Shown in pieces: positions 49,936 through 61,849 of a stretch of 64,000 bases of DNA. Below the pieces are notes generated by a model. It did no database searches, was not told the DNA's origin, and saw only the letters and a program-made list of their open reading frames with translations. The position numbers were made by a program, and so were the translations under genes. Position 1 is the stretch's first letter; the number at the start of each line of letters is the position of its first letter. Origin of the DNA: Ptychomitrium polyphyllum (taxonomy: Eukaryota); contig OZ316776.1 in NCBI GenBank assembly GCA_973851085.1, positions 14,632,001 to 14,696,000 of the forward strand, in the 5' to 3' direction.

Positions 49936-50786
49936 TGCCATCTTCCACATATCACTATGTACATGCCACTGTATATATGCCAGTGTTCATATGCCATTTT
50001 GTACATGTCATTATATACATGCCAGTGTTCACATGCTATCTTCCACATGTCATTATGTACATGCTAGTTGTTAAGTACATAAGAAATTAAAAATAGAAAC
50101 AAAATGTTTTCCATAAATTAGCTTTCAAAGAGCTAATCATATGCTATCTTTTACATGTTACTATGTACATGCTAGTATTCATATTCCATCTCCTATATGT
50201 CAGTGTGTATATAATAATGTTTACATGCCATCTTGTACATGTCAGTATATACATGGTAGTATTCACATGCTATCTTCCACATGTCATTATGTACATGTCA
50301 GTGTTCACATGTCATTATGTACATGTCAGTGTTCACATGCCATTTTGTACATGTCAGTGTGTACATGGTAGTATTCACATCCTATCTTCCACATATCATT
50401 ATGTACATGCCAGTGTCCACATGCCATTTTGTACATGTCAGTGTGTACATACTAATGTTCACATGCCATCTTGTACATGTCAGTATGTACATGGTAGTAT
50501 TCACATGCTATCTTTCACATGTCATTATATACATGCCAGTGTTCACATGCCATGTTGTACATGTCAGTGTGTATATGGCAATATTCACATGCTATCTTTT
50601 ACATGTCATTATGTACATGCCAGTGTTCACATGCCATGTTGTACATGTCAGTGTGGTAGTATTCACATGCTATCTTCTACATGTCATTATGTACATGCCA
50701 TTATTCACATGCCATGTTGTACATATCAGTGTGTACATGATAGTATTCACATATTATCTTCCACATATCACTATGTACATACCAAT
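49936..50786. repeat. Minisatellite: 14-nt ACATG-anchored monomers in an 84-nt higher-order unit, interrupted at 50069-50137
   Basis: Consensus acatgtcagtgtgt-acatggtagtattc-acatgctatcttcc-acatgtcattatgt-acatgccagtgttc-acatgccat(t/c/g)ttgt repeated. Confidence 0.92.
50069..50137 (-). mobile_element. Short LTR-terminal fragment inside the minisatellite
   Basis: tgttaagtacataagaaat...agaaacaaaatgttttccataaattagctttcaaagagctaat aligns to 50787-50856 and to 61357-61425. Confidence 0.8.
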
Positions 50787-51046
50787 TGTTAAGAATATAA
50801 GAAATAATAAACAGAAACAAAGTATTTTCCAAAAATTAACTTCCAAAGAGCTAATAATTAACAAGAACTAATACAAATATTAGAACAAGGCAAGATACAA
50901 TACAATTTGCAACTTATATTGGCAAGACTAAGGTATACCTTGTCTTGCCTCCTATTTATACTATGACGCTTGTATCTCTTTAGGATACTTCTAAAAAAAC
51001 TTTCTACAAAATTTAAGAGTGTTCTAGAAGTTTATGGAACCTTCCC
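50787..51046 (-). mobile_element. Truncated LTR (3' part, ends ...TTAACA on the minus strand)
   Basis: Colinear with 61357-61610 (attaacttccaaag(a/g)gctaat(a/g)attaacaagaact, cttgtcttgcctc, tgacgctt, agaatgttcta/agagtgttcta). Confidence 0.85.
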
Positions 51047-54000
51047 AAATTTATTATTGAAAAAAATAACAATTATCAATAATAAAAGGTAAATATGGAA
51101 TAATATAAAAATTTAAAAAACTTCTACATTAGTGATTATACTATTGATAAATACTTATCAATAATGCTTTGCTGAGTGCACTAAGTTTTAAATTTTGCTA
51201 AATCTTTTTCAATAGATTTTTTAGCTTGGAACTAAAGTAATCAATTGTCATAAAATTTTATTCAAGACAGGTGTGAACAAGCTAAAATATTTTAGTTGCA
51301 TTTAAAATTTTTAATTGTAGAAGTAGTTGCACAAAGTCTATTACTTCATTTTCCTCAGTTTGAGCAACATTGTTCACTTATATCATCTAAAAAATCTCCT
51401 CATCAGTTGGCAAATGAAGTATTTTTAAGTCAAATTCTACTTTATACAAAATATTTTCATGAGGTCTTATAATTGAAGGCTCTTCTTCTAAAATAAATCA
51501 CTGTAATTGATTGAAATTCCTTGCAATTGGTTTATTTCTTCATCAACATTCAAACCAATAGAAACATTCAAATCTAAAAAGAAATAAAAACCAACATGCT
51601 TTTAACAATGCAAAATTGTTGATGGTTTATCTTTCTTTCCAAGTCTTAGTAATCATTTTCACTACTTAATAGACATCAATGTTTGCATTTTTATCCTTCA
51701 TTCCTCAATTAAGCTTGTGTTGCACAAACAACCTTTTATAGTAGCTTTTAATGACTTGATAATGCAAACATCATATTTTGAAACTTACTGATAGAGTTGG
51801 AAGGGAAAAACTCCAATCTCACAATTGAAAGTTGAATTTTACAATCTGATACTATAGAAAATTATCTAAAAGAAATAAAACATTTATTTTGTCTAACGGT
51901 TTTATGATAAATTAGATAATCCAAAACCTTGTTTTGCTTACTTTTAGTATCATTAAAGCTATTTGGTAGTGTGCGTTTAACCTCCACTCTACCTTGCCCT
52001 GCCAATTATTAGCATCCGGCAAACTTTACAAATCCACGTATAAGGCACTGCGCTTAAGTCTTTTAAAGCTTGAATGCTTCAAACAAAAGAACAATCATCT
52101 ATGCCTTAGCATTTGTTCTTTGTAGTATCCTAAGGTTTTTGGAATTATAAATATGTTTGCAAATTAAACTATGGAGTTTGTATGATTTATTGATGGTGAA
52201 TGGTGGTAGTTTGCAAGTACTATGCATGTTATTGGTTATTGCAACTAAAATTCTTTCCCTCTATTGATTTGTACCTATCAATTACTAAATAGCTAAAGTC
52301 TTATTTGGTTTTTATCAATAAAAAAATCATATTTCACCCATATTAAAAACATCATTAAGGTAATAGCCTTCAACAAGAGTGTATAAATAATCCATCTTTT
52401 TACATATCTTCTCTGTTTACAACAATAAATATTACTTCTTTATCTCTAGTATGGCCCTTGATACCATGCTTCTTCTTGAATCTATCTACTTATCAATGAG
52501 AAAATGTGAATTTTGGCATCTCTAATGTTAAAGCCATTTTGTTGTGCATAAAACCATTTTTATGCTTTGATAACAAAATCATTCATCACAGTAATTCCTT
52601 TGTCTTCCATTAGCATAAATTAAATAAAGAAGACTTCTTCAACTTTTGGACATACATCTTTATTCATTTTTTTTTTACATGCATGGAATTTAATTTTCAA
52701 AAATTCTTGTTTACATTGCACTAATTAAGAAATAATCATTTCAAATACTTTGAAATCAAATACTATAGAATGTAATACAATAAAGAAGGAGCATTTATAG
52801 CTCTTTAAAATGATTTATACTTGTATAAAGAGATTACATAAGAAAATTCTCAATGTTAATCATAAATTTACGCATTTAAAAATAATTGCATATACAAATG
52901 ATTATTAAATGTAATATCTATCAATAAAAATATCATATATTAGTTTAAATAACCAAAAAAAAAATACTAAAAATATATTTATAAAAAAAAACACACATTA
53001 TCTTAAGTTGTTTAACACTTTACATTTACAAATATATTTATTCAAAAGCGCCAAAAGATTAATAACTAGGGCTTCAAAAAAATTACATTTAAAGTGAATT
53101 GGCTATAGTAAAGTATATTAAAATAAAATGATGATATAATTAAAATACTCTTCAATGTGATTGTTTTATATTTTATTTGGATTCTTTAAAATATATCATT
53201 TAATAATCTACACTATGTTTTAAAAAATGTAATAAATAATGCATATCTATAAGAAGAAAAAACAAAGGTATAAGTCATAAAACTATAATATTAATGAAAT
53301 GAATACCATGAAAAGCCATTGATAACCTTAAATATTCTATAGGTTGCAAAAAACTAAAACCATAATTGCATCTTATTGATCTTGCATTTGAAATAATTTT
53401 TCAAATTCAATAATTAATAAATTGTATCAAAAATATACGTAATGATTTCTTAATCTTTTTACGTATATTTTAATAATGAAAAATCAACAATTTTTATATT
53501 CATAACATTTGATGGAACTTACAAGATTGAAATTGCTTATTCATTGCATTGTTTCATTATGACATTTAATATATTTATTACATTGTACAAAATAAAGGAA
53601 AATTAAGCTTTAAATATAACAAAGTTCCTTTGACATTTTTTAAAGTAAATGGAAGCAACAATAGTGAAATAAGGCTTCAATAAAAGAGAATGTGTAGAAC
53701 TTAAATGTCTAATATAGGATCTATGTACTTTATATAAGACCATCATATAAAGGACTGATATACTAAAATTAGAACTAATTTCTTTGTAAAGTGAATATAA
53801 TCATGATTCCAACATACAAATTTTTTTTCCATTGTTTCAATTTGATTAAATATGAGTAAAAAGACTATTTCTTATGATCCATGTAATAAGCTCATACTCT
53901 ATTATGGACTTATCAAATATAATTGTTGTGTGGAAGTAAGATTGCAAGAAGACATATAGAAAATAAGATAGTCTATAAATTGGAATCATATTAAAGTTAT

Positions 54001-55392
54001 CAATTAAGTAGAATCCCTTTCTTTGTATTCCAAAGCATATTGTTTTAATAAATATTAATTTCCAACAACCTATAATATAAGCATTAAGGCGCTTCTAAAT
54101 TGGAAGTGTAGATGGAAGAACTTTTGGCACCTATGATGAATTAAAGAATGATTTAGGAAGTTTGGGCTAATTTTGGAAGGTTAAAGATTAGAGGCTCATC
54201 AACCATGCCTTAACATTGTAAAATTCCTCATTGATTCATCAAAATACACACTAAAAAGCATTTTTGTTCTTTTAAGCAATAAAAGTAAATTTCAAAATAC
54301 TATGTAATACAAATTTGAAAGAAGGTTACAAACCTCCAGCTGTTTGGGCCGTTGTCATATAATGGCAAGCACTCAAAAGGGAGCCTCACCTCTATCTGAA
54401 CACAGACCTTTATGAACCATTTGGAAAAAGTGTCACTGAATATCAAGTTGGCGTGATGCCATTTGAGAGGTTCTAAGATGCACTGCCAAGCTAAAACATT
54501 ATTGTTTTAAGTTTAAAGAGAACATTGGGATCAGTGACTGCATTCACGGTACTCGATCTGCTATCCCGCCATCCCCGAAATCTTCATATCCCGTGCTTTT
54601 GTTTCTAGAGCCCTTCTAGAATCCTTAAACCTAACAATCAACTGCGGGGCTGATTCAGTGACCCTGATAAAGTGTATACCGAACCGTGGGGCGCATGCCA
54701 CGCCGTGCAAGCCTGAAATCACATCGAGTTCTCATCTAGGATTCAACTTCCGACAGTCCGCTTCGGATGAATACTGCGATAGGGATGAACAGAGCTGATA
54801 TAAATAGTGGCTAGGGTTCCATGAACAGTGTCTATAGTGTGAGTGGTGCAGTGGCGTAGGAGAAGGGAAGCTCTGGCTCTCAAGATAGTCCGACGGATGC
54901 TTGCTTAGCAAAGCGATCAAGCGTATTGTTTGAGCATTGCATTATCGAGATGAGTATTCTGAAGTATTGAAGTTGCGTGCGTTGATTCATGTGTCTGAGT
55001 TTGTAGTTGTTGGGCTACGAAGAGCCGCTAAGCCAGTACTCTAGCCTGTGCTCAGATTCATCGTCACCAGCTTGCAGAAGTCGGTACTGTTGTAGAAGAA
55101 TCAGCACTTGCAGTGACCGCAAGTTCTGTATACTGTTCCTCCTGAGGGCTACGTTTGCTCTTGCTTGGCACCCAATTGTGAATCTGAGTGGAAAAAATTG
55201 ATCTTTTTGTTTGGTTTTCTAGGGAAGCAAAGCAGGGAGCTTTGGTGTGTTGCAGTAAAGACTCCAACGAATCAGGTTGTTGTACATGTACATATACATT
55301 GGAGCTAAGTTGGTTTCAGATCTCACTGATTTGTACTGGTGGCGTGAGAGGTTGGAAGTGTTTGGGTTTTTGAGGTTGAAGATTAGGAACAG

Positions 55393-55992
55393 ATGAGCAG
55401 CAGGATGAGGTTTGAAGTTGGGCAGAACGAGGTGCGAGGATTGGTGGCGAGTGCAGAAAACCATGCCGACATTCTTCACTCGCATACAATAGGACCGAAT
55501 CAGTGTGGTTCTATATTGGTGCAGCATGTGCCAGCGCCGGTAGAGGTGGTGTGGTCCATAGTGCGGGGGTTCGACAAGCCCCAAGTGTACAAGAAGTTCA
55601 TCCAGACGTGCAACTTGATAGTGGGCGATGGCGGCGTGGGCAGCATCCGGGAGGTGTTCGTGATCTCCGGCATCCCTGCGTCATCCAGCATCGAGCGCCT
55701 AGAGATTCTGGACGAGGAGAAGCATATTTTCAGTTGGAAGGTGTTGCAGGGTGGCCATCGCCTCCAGAATTACCGTTCTGTCACGACGCTGCACGAGGAG
55801 GAGGTCAATGGCAGGCGCGTGACCACAGTGCTGGAGTCTTATGTTGTGGATGTGCCCGATGGGAACACCAGGGAGGAGACTCACATGTTTGCGGACACGG
55901 TTGTGATGTGTAACTTGAAATCCTTGGTGCAGGTGGCGGAGCAGAGGACTATTCAAGGCATTACAAACCAATTATCTGCATCAACAATGTGA
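55393..55992 (+). CDS. PYL: PYR/PYL/RCAR abscisic acid receptor (START/Bet v 1 fold), 199 aa, intronless CDS
   Basis: [40 protein letters not shown], gate [14 protein letters not shown], latch [31 protein letters not shown]. Confidence 0.96.
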   Translation: MSSRMRFEVGQNEVRGLVASAENHADILHSHTIGPNQCGSILVQHVPAPVEVVWSIVRGFDKPQVYKKFIQTCNLIVGDGGVGSIREVFVISGIPASSSIERLEILDEEKHIFSWKVLQGGHRLQNYRSVTTLHEEEVNGRRVTTVLESYVVDVPDGNTREETHMFADTVVMCNLKSLVQVAEQRTIQGITNQLSASTM

Positions 55993-58590
55993 AGGGTTGG
56001 CTTTTCAGAGGTTTGAGAGGTTTCAGCACGCAGCTTGGCTACGAAGATGTGCTGGTGGACAAGATTTCTCGTTTTTCTTGGCCTTCGATCATTTGATGGA
56101 ACTTGGATGGAAGATAGTGGAACTTTGACGATAGACTCTTACGGTTTTATTTGGTTGTTCTATGGTTGCTATGAGAAGACAACATGTTCGGAAGGAAAGC
56201 GTGATGTTGTGATCTTCTTGCAAATATCCTCACAATTGTATCATGCGGGGAAATTTGCTTCCTTGAAGCACGATGACGATGGCGGATGGATTTGACAGCT
56301 TGGTTTGGCAGCTGGTGCCAAGATTATGTGGTTTTGTGAGGAAAGTGGAAGTGAATAGATGGATATTGGACCACAAACTTGCTGAAATTGTGTAAAGTAT
56401 TGGTAGGAGCCCCTCAATTCTTCTCTTTTCTTCGTCTAAGATGTTGAGAGCTATGTCCAAGTCTGCAGGATTTTTCTCTCTTCTTGCAGTTCTTGGGATT
56501 ATGAAGTATATTGCAGTGGAGTATAATGAGGTATAATACTGGAGCATAGGATTATAAGGTAGATATTAAAAATCTTTGCAGACTATTGTGCTGGATAGAG
56601 TGGGTGATCATCTGTAATTCAGTTACTGGAGCGGTATGAACGGCAATGAAGGACTTTTGTGCACTCTAAGCTTTATTTCAATCAGTGGGTACTGGCGAAG
56701 ACCAGCTACATAAGGTAACTTCTCTTTTGCTGTAGCTACTGAATGTACATTAATGGGCAGCAGTTGTTTCTATGATTTCTTGTAAGTGTTTGTTCTGGGC
56801 TTCACACGTACCTTTCCTGTAGTATTTCCTATATTTGCTACTTACAAGTCTTTTGTTGTTTGCACGGTAATGAGAATTGAGATTGCTGAGGTGCATTTGC
56901 ACTTACATTTCTTGACAGGACTTTTTGAAGGACTTGAGATAATTTTGTCGTTTTTTGGGATTCGGTTGTCTGTTGAATGCTGGCCTGTTGAGCTTTCGTT
57001 GGTTTCTACGAATGATTGCATGCCTGTGGTAATGATATTTATTGCTGAATTTCAACTTGAGTTGCAAGCAGCGAATTGTCGCGATCAGTGCCAAATGGCA
57101 TCATGCATTCAAGTTCATAGACCCAGGCCATGGGTTCTTGTACACCTAACACAGACACACGGTAACAGAGATATTTCCAAATTCATGTCTTGAGCAGTTT
57201 GTAACTCATGTAGTCATTGTAATGCAGAAATAGCATTCCGTTTCATTATCAAGTTCTGTGCTGAGAGCCCCTCTCTGCACATCTATTGATGACATATTTC
57301 TCTTTTTAGAGTGTTGCAGTTAACAAATTCTCTGTTTTCGCTTAACATGCAGGTTCAAATAGGTAGACGTTATAGCCAGATATTATGCTCCAGAAAGAAT
57401 ATAGAGCCTATTTTGTGCACAAGTACTTTGTTGTTCCAACTAAATTTACAAGCTGATTATCGACACATCTTCAAACGGACCAGTCTGGTCAACTCTTTTG
57501 AAATAAATTTGTTGTGATAAAAATGGTGCCAACGTAATCTCGAGGAAGTTAGAACCCCGAGGTAGAACAAGGCAAGTACTTACTACAGTTGGATTGCCGA
57601 ACACTTGAGATTAAATCTATGAGTTTTTGGTTAGCCACAAATATTTTAGAGGTTTGCAATTTAATTCAATGAGCTCATAATCACAGAGCAGTACTTCGAC
57701 GCCGTTGTTGTGTGTTGGCCTTTAGGGTTATATTATTTAAGTCTTTCAATCAGATTGCTAAAAGAACCTATTGCTTGCCGCAAATTTCTCCAAGAATGAA
57801 ATGCCAGTTGGAGATGCCAGTTTCCTAGAGAAACATTCTGCACATTCAATTGCAAAGCTTCGCAAATACTGGCCAGTCTTCTTTTCTTCTCACAATGTGC
57901 GTATAACTGGGTAGATTTACATATAGAAACATGAGTTTGGTCTGATTGCCTAGTGTAGCGCTCAGAATGTTTTAGATTTCTCTGAAAGTGAACTAAGTTA
58001 TTAATAGCCCTAATAGCTATAATTCCTCCAACCATTCGAGACTCTGTTGAAGTGGAAATGGGCTGCATGGGTTGTCAAGAGAATCCTTATGAACGAGAAA
58101 GAAGTTTGCAAGCAGCTTAGCTCAGTTGCCAGAGCTGTTTTGCCCTTTCTAGAACTTTCTGTTGACCACTTCGCAATCAAGATCAACCCGAGCAAACCAT
58201 GTGTGAGAGTATCTTGGCTTTGAATCATTTACTTAAGTAAAAATTAAACAAAATCGAAAATAAAGTGATTCACGCTAATTTTATTCATGGTACTGCTTCA
58301 AGGTCAACAGTCTCCATTTGCACCCACTTCCTAAAGCATAGAAATTTCTCAGACGAAGAATTCCGGTGACGGAAAGGGGGCGGGGGGATAGAAATTTCTG
58401 ACCATCCTCACTCTCATTGGAATCCCAACCAGACAATAATCGAGTCTATCTCCACACTCCAAAGCATAAATGTGCCCATACGATTGTGTCTACTGGCATA
58501 CAATTGTAATAATCTTCAGCTAATACAATCATCTCCTTTGTGTTAAAGATCTTCGGCCTAAAATGCTACAGGGACTTAAGTCACAAGCAG

Positions 58591-58662
58591 ACCTTTGTCA
58601 CGTTCACTTAGAGCTTCCGTTCAACGACCTTTGTCACGTTCACTTAGAGCTTCCGTTCAACG
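58591..58662. repeat. Perfect 36-nt tandem duplication
   Basis: acctttgtcacgttcacttagagcttccgttcaacg occurs twice. Confidence 0.95.
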
Positions 58663-61356
58663 ATCTCTAGCACCTGTGAGCAGCAGGCAAGCAAGTGAGG
58701 TTCATCACTGCAACATTGGCAAGCAAGCAAACTTGTGAGCTTCACTGTTGCAGAACTGGTCAACAAACTTTCGCAGACTGCCAGCGTCAGAGTTTCCATA
58801 GTCACTCAGCATATATACACTACGATGTAAATGAAGGAGGGATGTGGCACCTTGGTGCTGAAGACGCCGTAGTTACATTTCGGGGAGATGGACTGGGTAA
58901 CAATGTCGATTGTTTTGATACCAAGGGGCCCATTCACGTCAAGGTTGAATGACACTTTGTTGGTTTCGAACCGCTTTACGGAGGGATGCATGTACCCTTC
59001 CAGGACCGCACATGTCACCTTGGAGGTGAGCTCACTACCTGCAACTACGGCCAACTCGTTGCGCCCGTTCTCTCCTAACGACACCTCCGAGTATACTACC
59101 TTGCGTGCAGTCACTTTCTACTGATTGTTGCAACTTGTGTGTACGTTAGTCCTTGAACTCTAGATTTGGTGGATCTCTATGGACACTCTAAGCACTAGAA
59201 TGCAGTCCGCCACCTTCCTGATTACCTGTAGTCTTGTCCACATCCAAGTTGCTTCCATTTGGTTTATGAGTGTTGCCATGAATCATCTTCAGAAACTTCT
59301 AGATGATGGCCCGGTCTCTGGAACTGTAATGCATTCTGAGATGTGCCGTAGAGGAATCAGCCAGTTTATATGGACATCCTTTTTAGGCCAAAGGTTAAGT
59401 TGTCGCATCCAATGTTCCATTTCTGGATTGCATTAATCATATAATATTGCAAGCTGTGGTAGCAGGTGAGAGCTGCATGTGGATGTTCTCCTTGCGAGTG
59501 TAGACGCCACCAAGTGTCTAATGAGAGGCCAGATCACTATGGGTTTTCGGCGATGCAATTTGGTGGAGAGAAGAGGGTCCATTGTCTCACAGTTGCCGTT
59601 GACCTACTGTAGTTCTGCGCTTTGATCGTCTACCTTAAAGCTATAACTTAAGTTTTTTTTGCATGTGTGTAGTTCTGGTGTAGGTAAAGTAATATTTATT
59701 TTTGCTAGAGAAATAGAAATTAGAACGAATATAAATTTTCACATATTTTTTACAGTAATAGTGAAATTACTACAAGATTCTACAGCATACAATTAGCAAT
59801 GCCTCTTAACCAATATAAAAGTTGACCATAAACTAATACATAGATTGCTTATAGATTAGTACTTGTTAATTTATAAAATAGTCCACAACAAATGAGATAC
59901 AAGAATTAGTTTGTTAATATTAAATTTATAAAATGGTTCAAGCTAAAGTTAAAATGTTTGATTTTATAAAAGTCTATGGATTATTGATTTTGGACAATTA
60001 TCGAATCTTTTAAACCTTTCAAATTCTTTTAGGCCCTTGCTTTTGGACTTTGCAAACTTAAACTCCTCCCTTAATCAATATGTTAAAATTAACTAAATTC
60101 ATCTTCCATCTGTCATCAAATTTCACCTTATTTTAGGTTTCTAACAAAAATTGGATTGTTTTCATATTTTCATAATTTTTTGTAGATTACATCAATCAAT
60201 TTCTTTCAAAAATGTAAGATAATATTAGATAGCATAATTAAAGTCCTACTAGACCTATATGGAATACTTCATTTTAAATGAAACTTTTTGATTTATAAAA
60301 GTAATAATCTACTATATAATCGGATTATATATTCTAAATTTGAAAATTTCCAAAAAAGATGTTGAAAATTTATGATTAAATTTCATATAAATTCATTGTT
60401 TTACAACTAAAGTACTTGAGCAAATTTTAAAAGGATCAATTATTGTGATCTTTTAATATTCTTCTTTAACAATTTTAAGTTCTAGTATTCAAAAATTTTC
60501 TTTTTCTTTGAGGTTTTCTTGTACAATATAAATATGAATTAATTTTTTTAGAATTCTACTCTTTTAATAAGCATATGCACTATGTTTTTGTAATTCATAC
60601 TATGTAGCCTTATTAATAGTCTATTGATTTTTAAAAAATGAATTATATAACATCTAAATTGCAACAATTTTTTACTACCATGCATGCAAGATATCTTTAT
60701 TAATTTCCATCATGTTTTCTATCATTTCTTTCTATTAATCTTTCAATTTTTAATTTTTTTTATTAAAGTAGATTTAGCAATGATTGTATCACTTTCAATA
60801 CTTCTTTTTATATTAAAACATTATAATCTTCTAAAATATGAGGTCATATTATTTCAAATTTTATTTATGTCTTGTATAATAAGATTATTAAATTAATCCA
60901 AACTTATATATCTTACTTTTATTTAAGAATATAATATATATTTATTAAATGATATTTTTAAACTAAAAAGAACTTTTGAATTTTAGATTTTAAAAAGCTT
61001 CATCAAATGCTTGTAGAATGATAATCAAACCAAAAATATCATATAATAATATAGTAAGTTCTTATAATGAACCATCACAACCTTTGGAATCTTATATAAA
61101 TTCACATATATAAAAATCATATATATAAAAGTTGTAATTTGAAACAAATCTAAGTAAAATAAACATCTATTATAATTATATTTTAAAAGATGTATTCAAA
61201 AGGCATTGTTTAGAAATTGAGTTTCTTAGTAAATAATAAAATTAGAAAAAAATATATTATGTTAAATTTTGTAATTTTTTTAATAGGCATTTTAAATTAT
61301 AAATGAAACAATAAAAGCTCATTATTTATGGAGTTAGATAAATTAAAGATATCACT

Positions 61357-61849
61357 TCTTAGGGATATAAGAAATAAGAAGCAAAGACAAAATATTTTCT
61401 AAGTATTAACTTCCAAAGGGCTAATGATTAACAAGAACTGATACAAAGACTAAAACATGATACAATATGATCCACAACTTGTGTTGGTAAGATTAAAGTA
61501 TAACTTGTCTTGCCTCTTATTCATACCGTGACGCTTATATCTTTTAAGATACTTTTAAAGAAGCTTCCCATAAGGCTTAAGAATGTTCTACAACTCTATA
61601 GAACCTGCCTTGGAATTTTTCTAAGATGATAGAACCTTCCTACAAAGCTTCCAAGGAATTGAAACCTTTCTTGGAAGATTTCTAAAGTAGTGGAACTTAT
61701 TTAAGAAGTTTTCAAAAGATATAGAACCTTCCTAGAAAATTTTCTAAGGAGGTAGAAACAGCTATAGAGACATTGAAAGTATTTTAAAAAACTATTATAA
61801 TATACCAAAAGGTTCTAAAGACTATGTTGCATAATCTATGTCTGTGACA
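61357..61849 (-). mobile_element. 3' LTR (about 490 nt) of a Ty3/gypsy element
   Basis: On the minus strand the polypurine tract gaagaaggaggtga (61863-61850) directly precedes TGTCACAGA at 61849. The far end aligns with the LTR ends at 50787 and 50069. Confidence 0.8.

Noticed and set aside
50141..50871. Cys/His/Met-rich ORFs of 196-209 aa, and a CRISPR-like appearance
   Set aside because: The ORFs are by-products of the 84-nt tandem repeat, which is open in several frames. There are no unique spacers or cas genes, and the context is eukaryotic.
53430..53471. 13-bp inverted repeat aaaatatacgtaa/ttacgtatatttt
   Set aside because: Short and in extremely AT-rich DNA, so plausibly chance.
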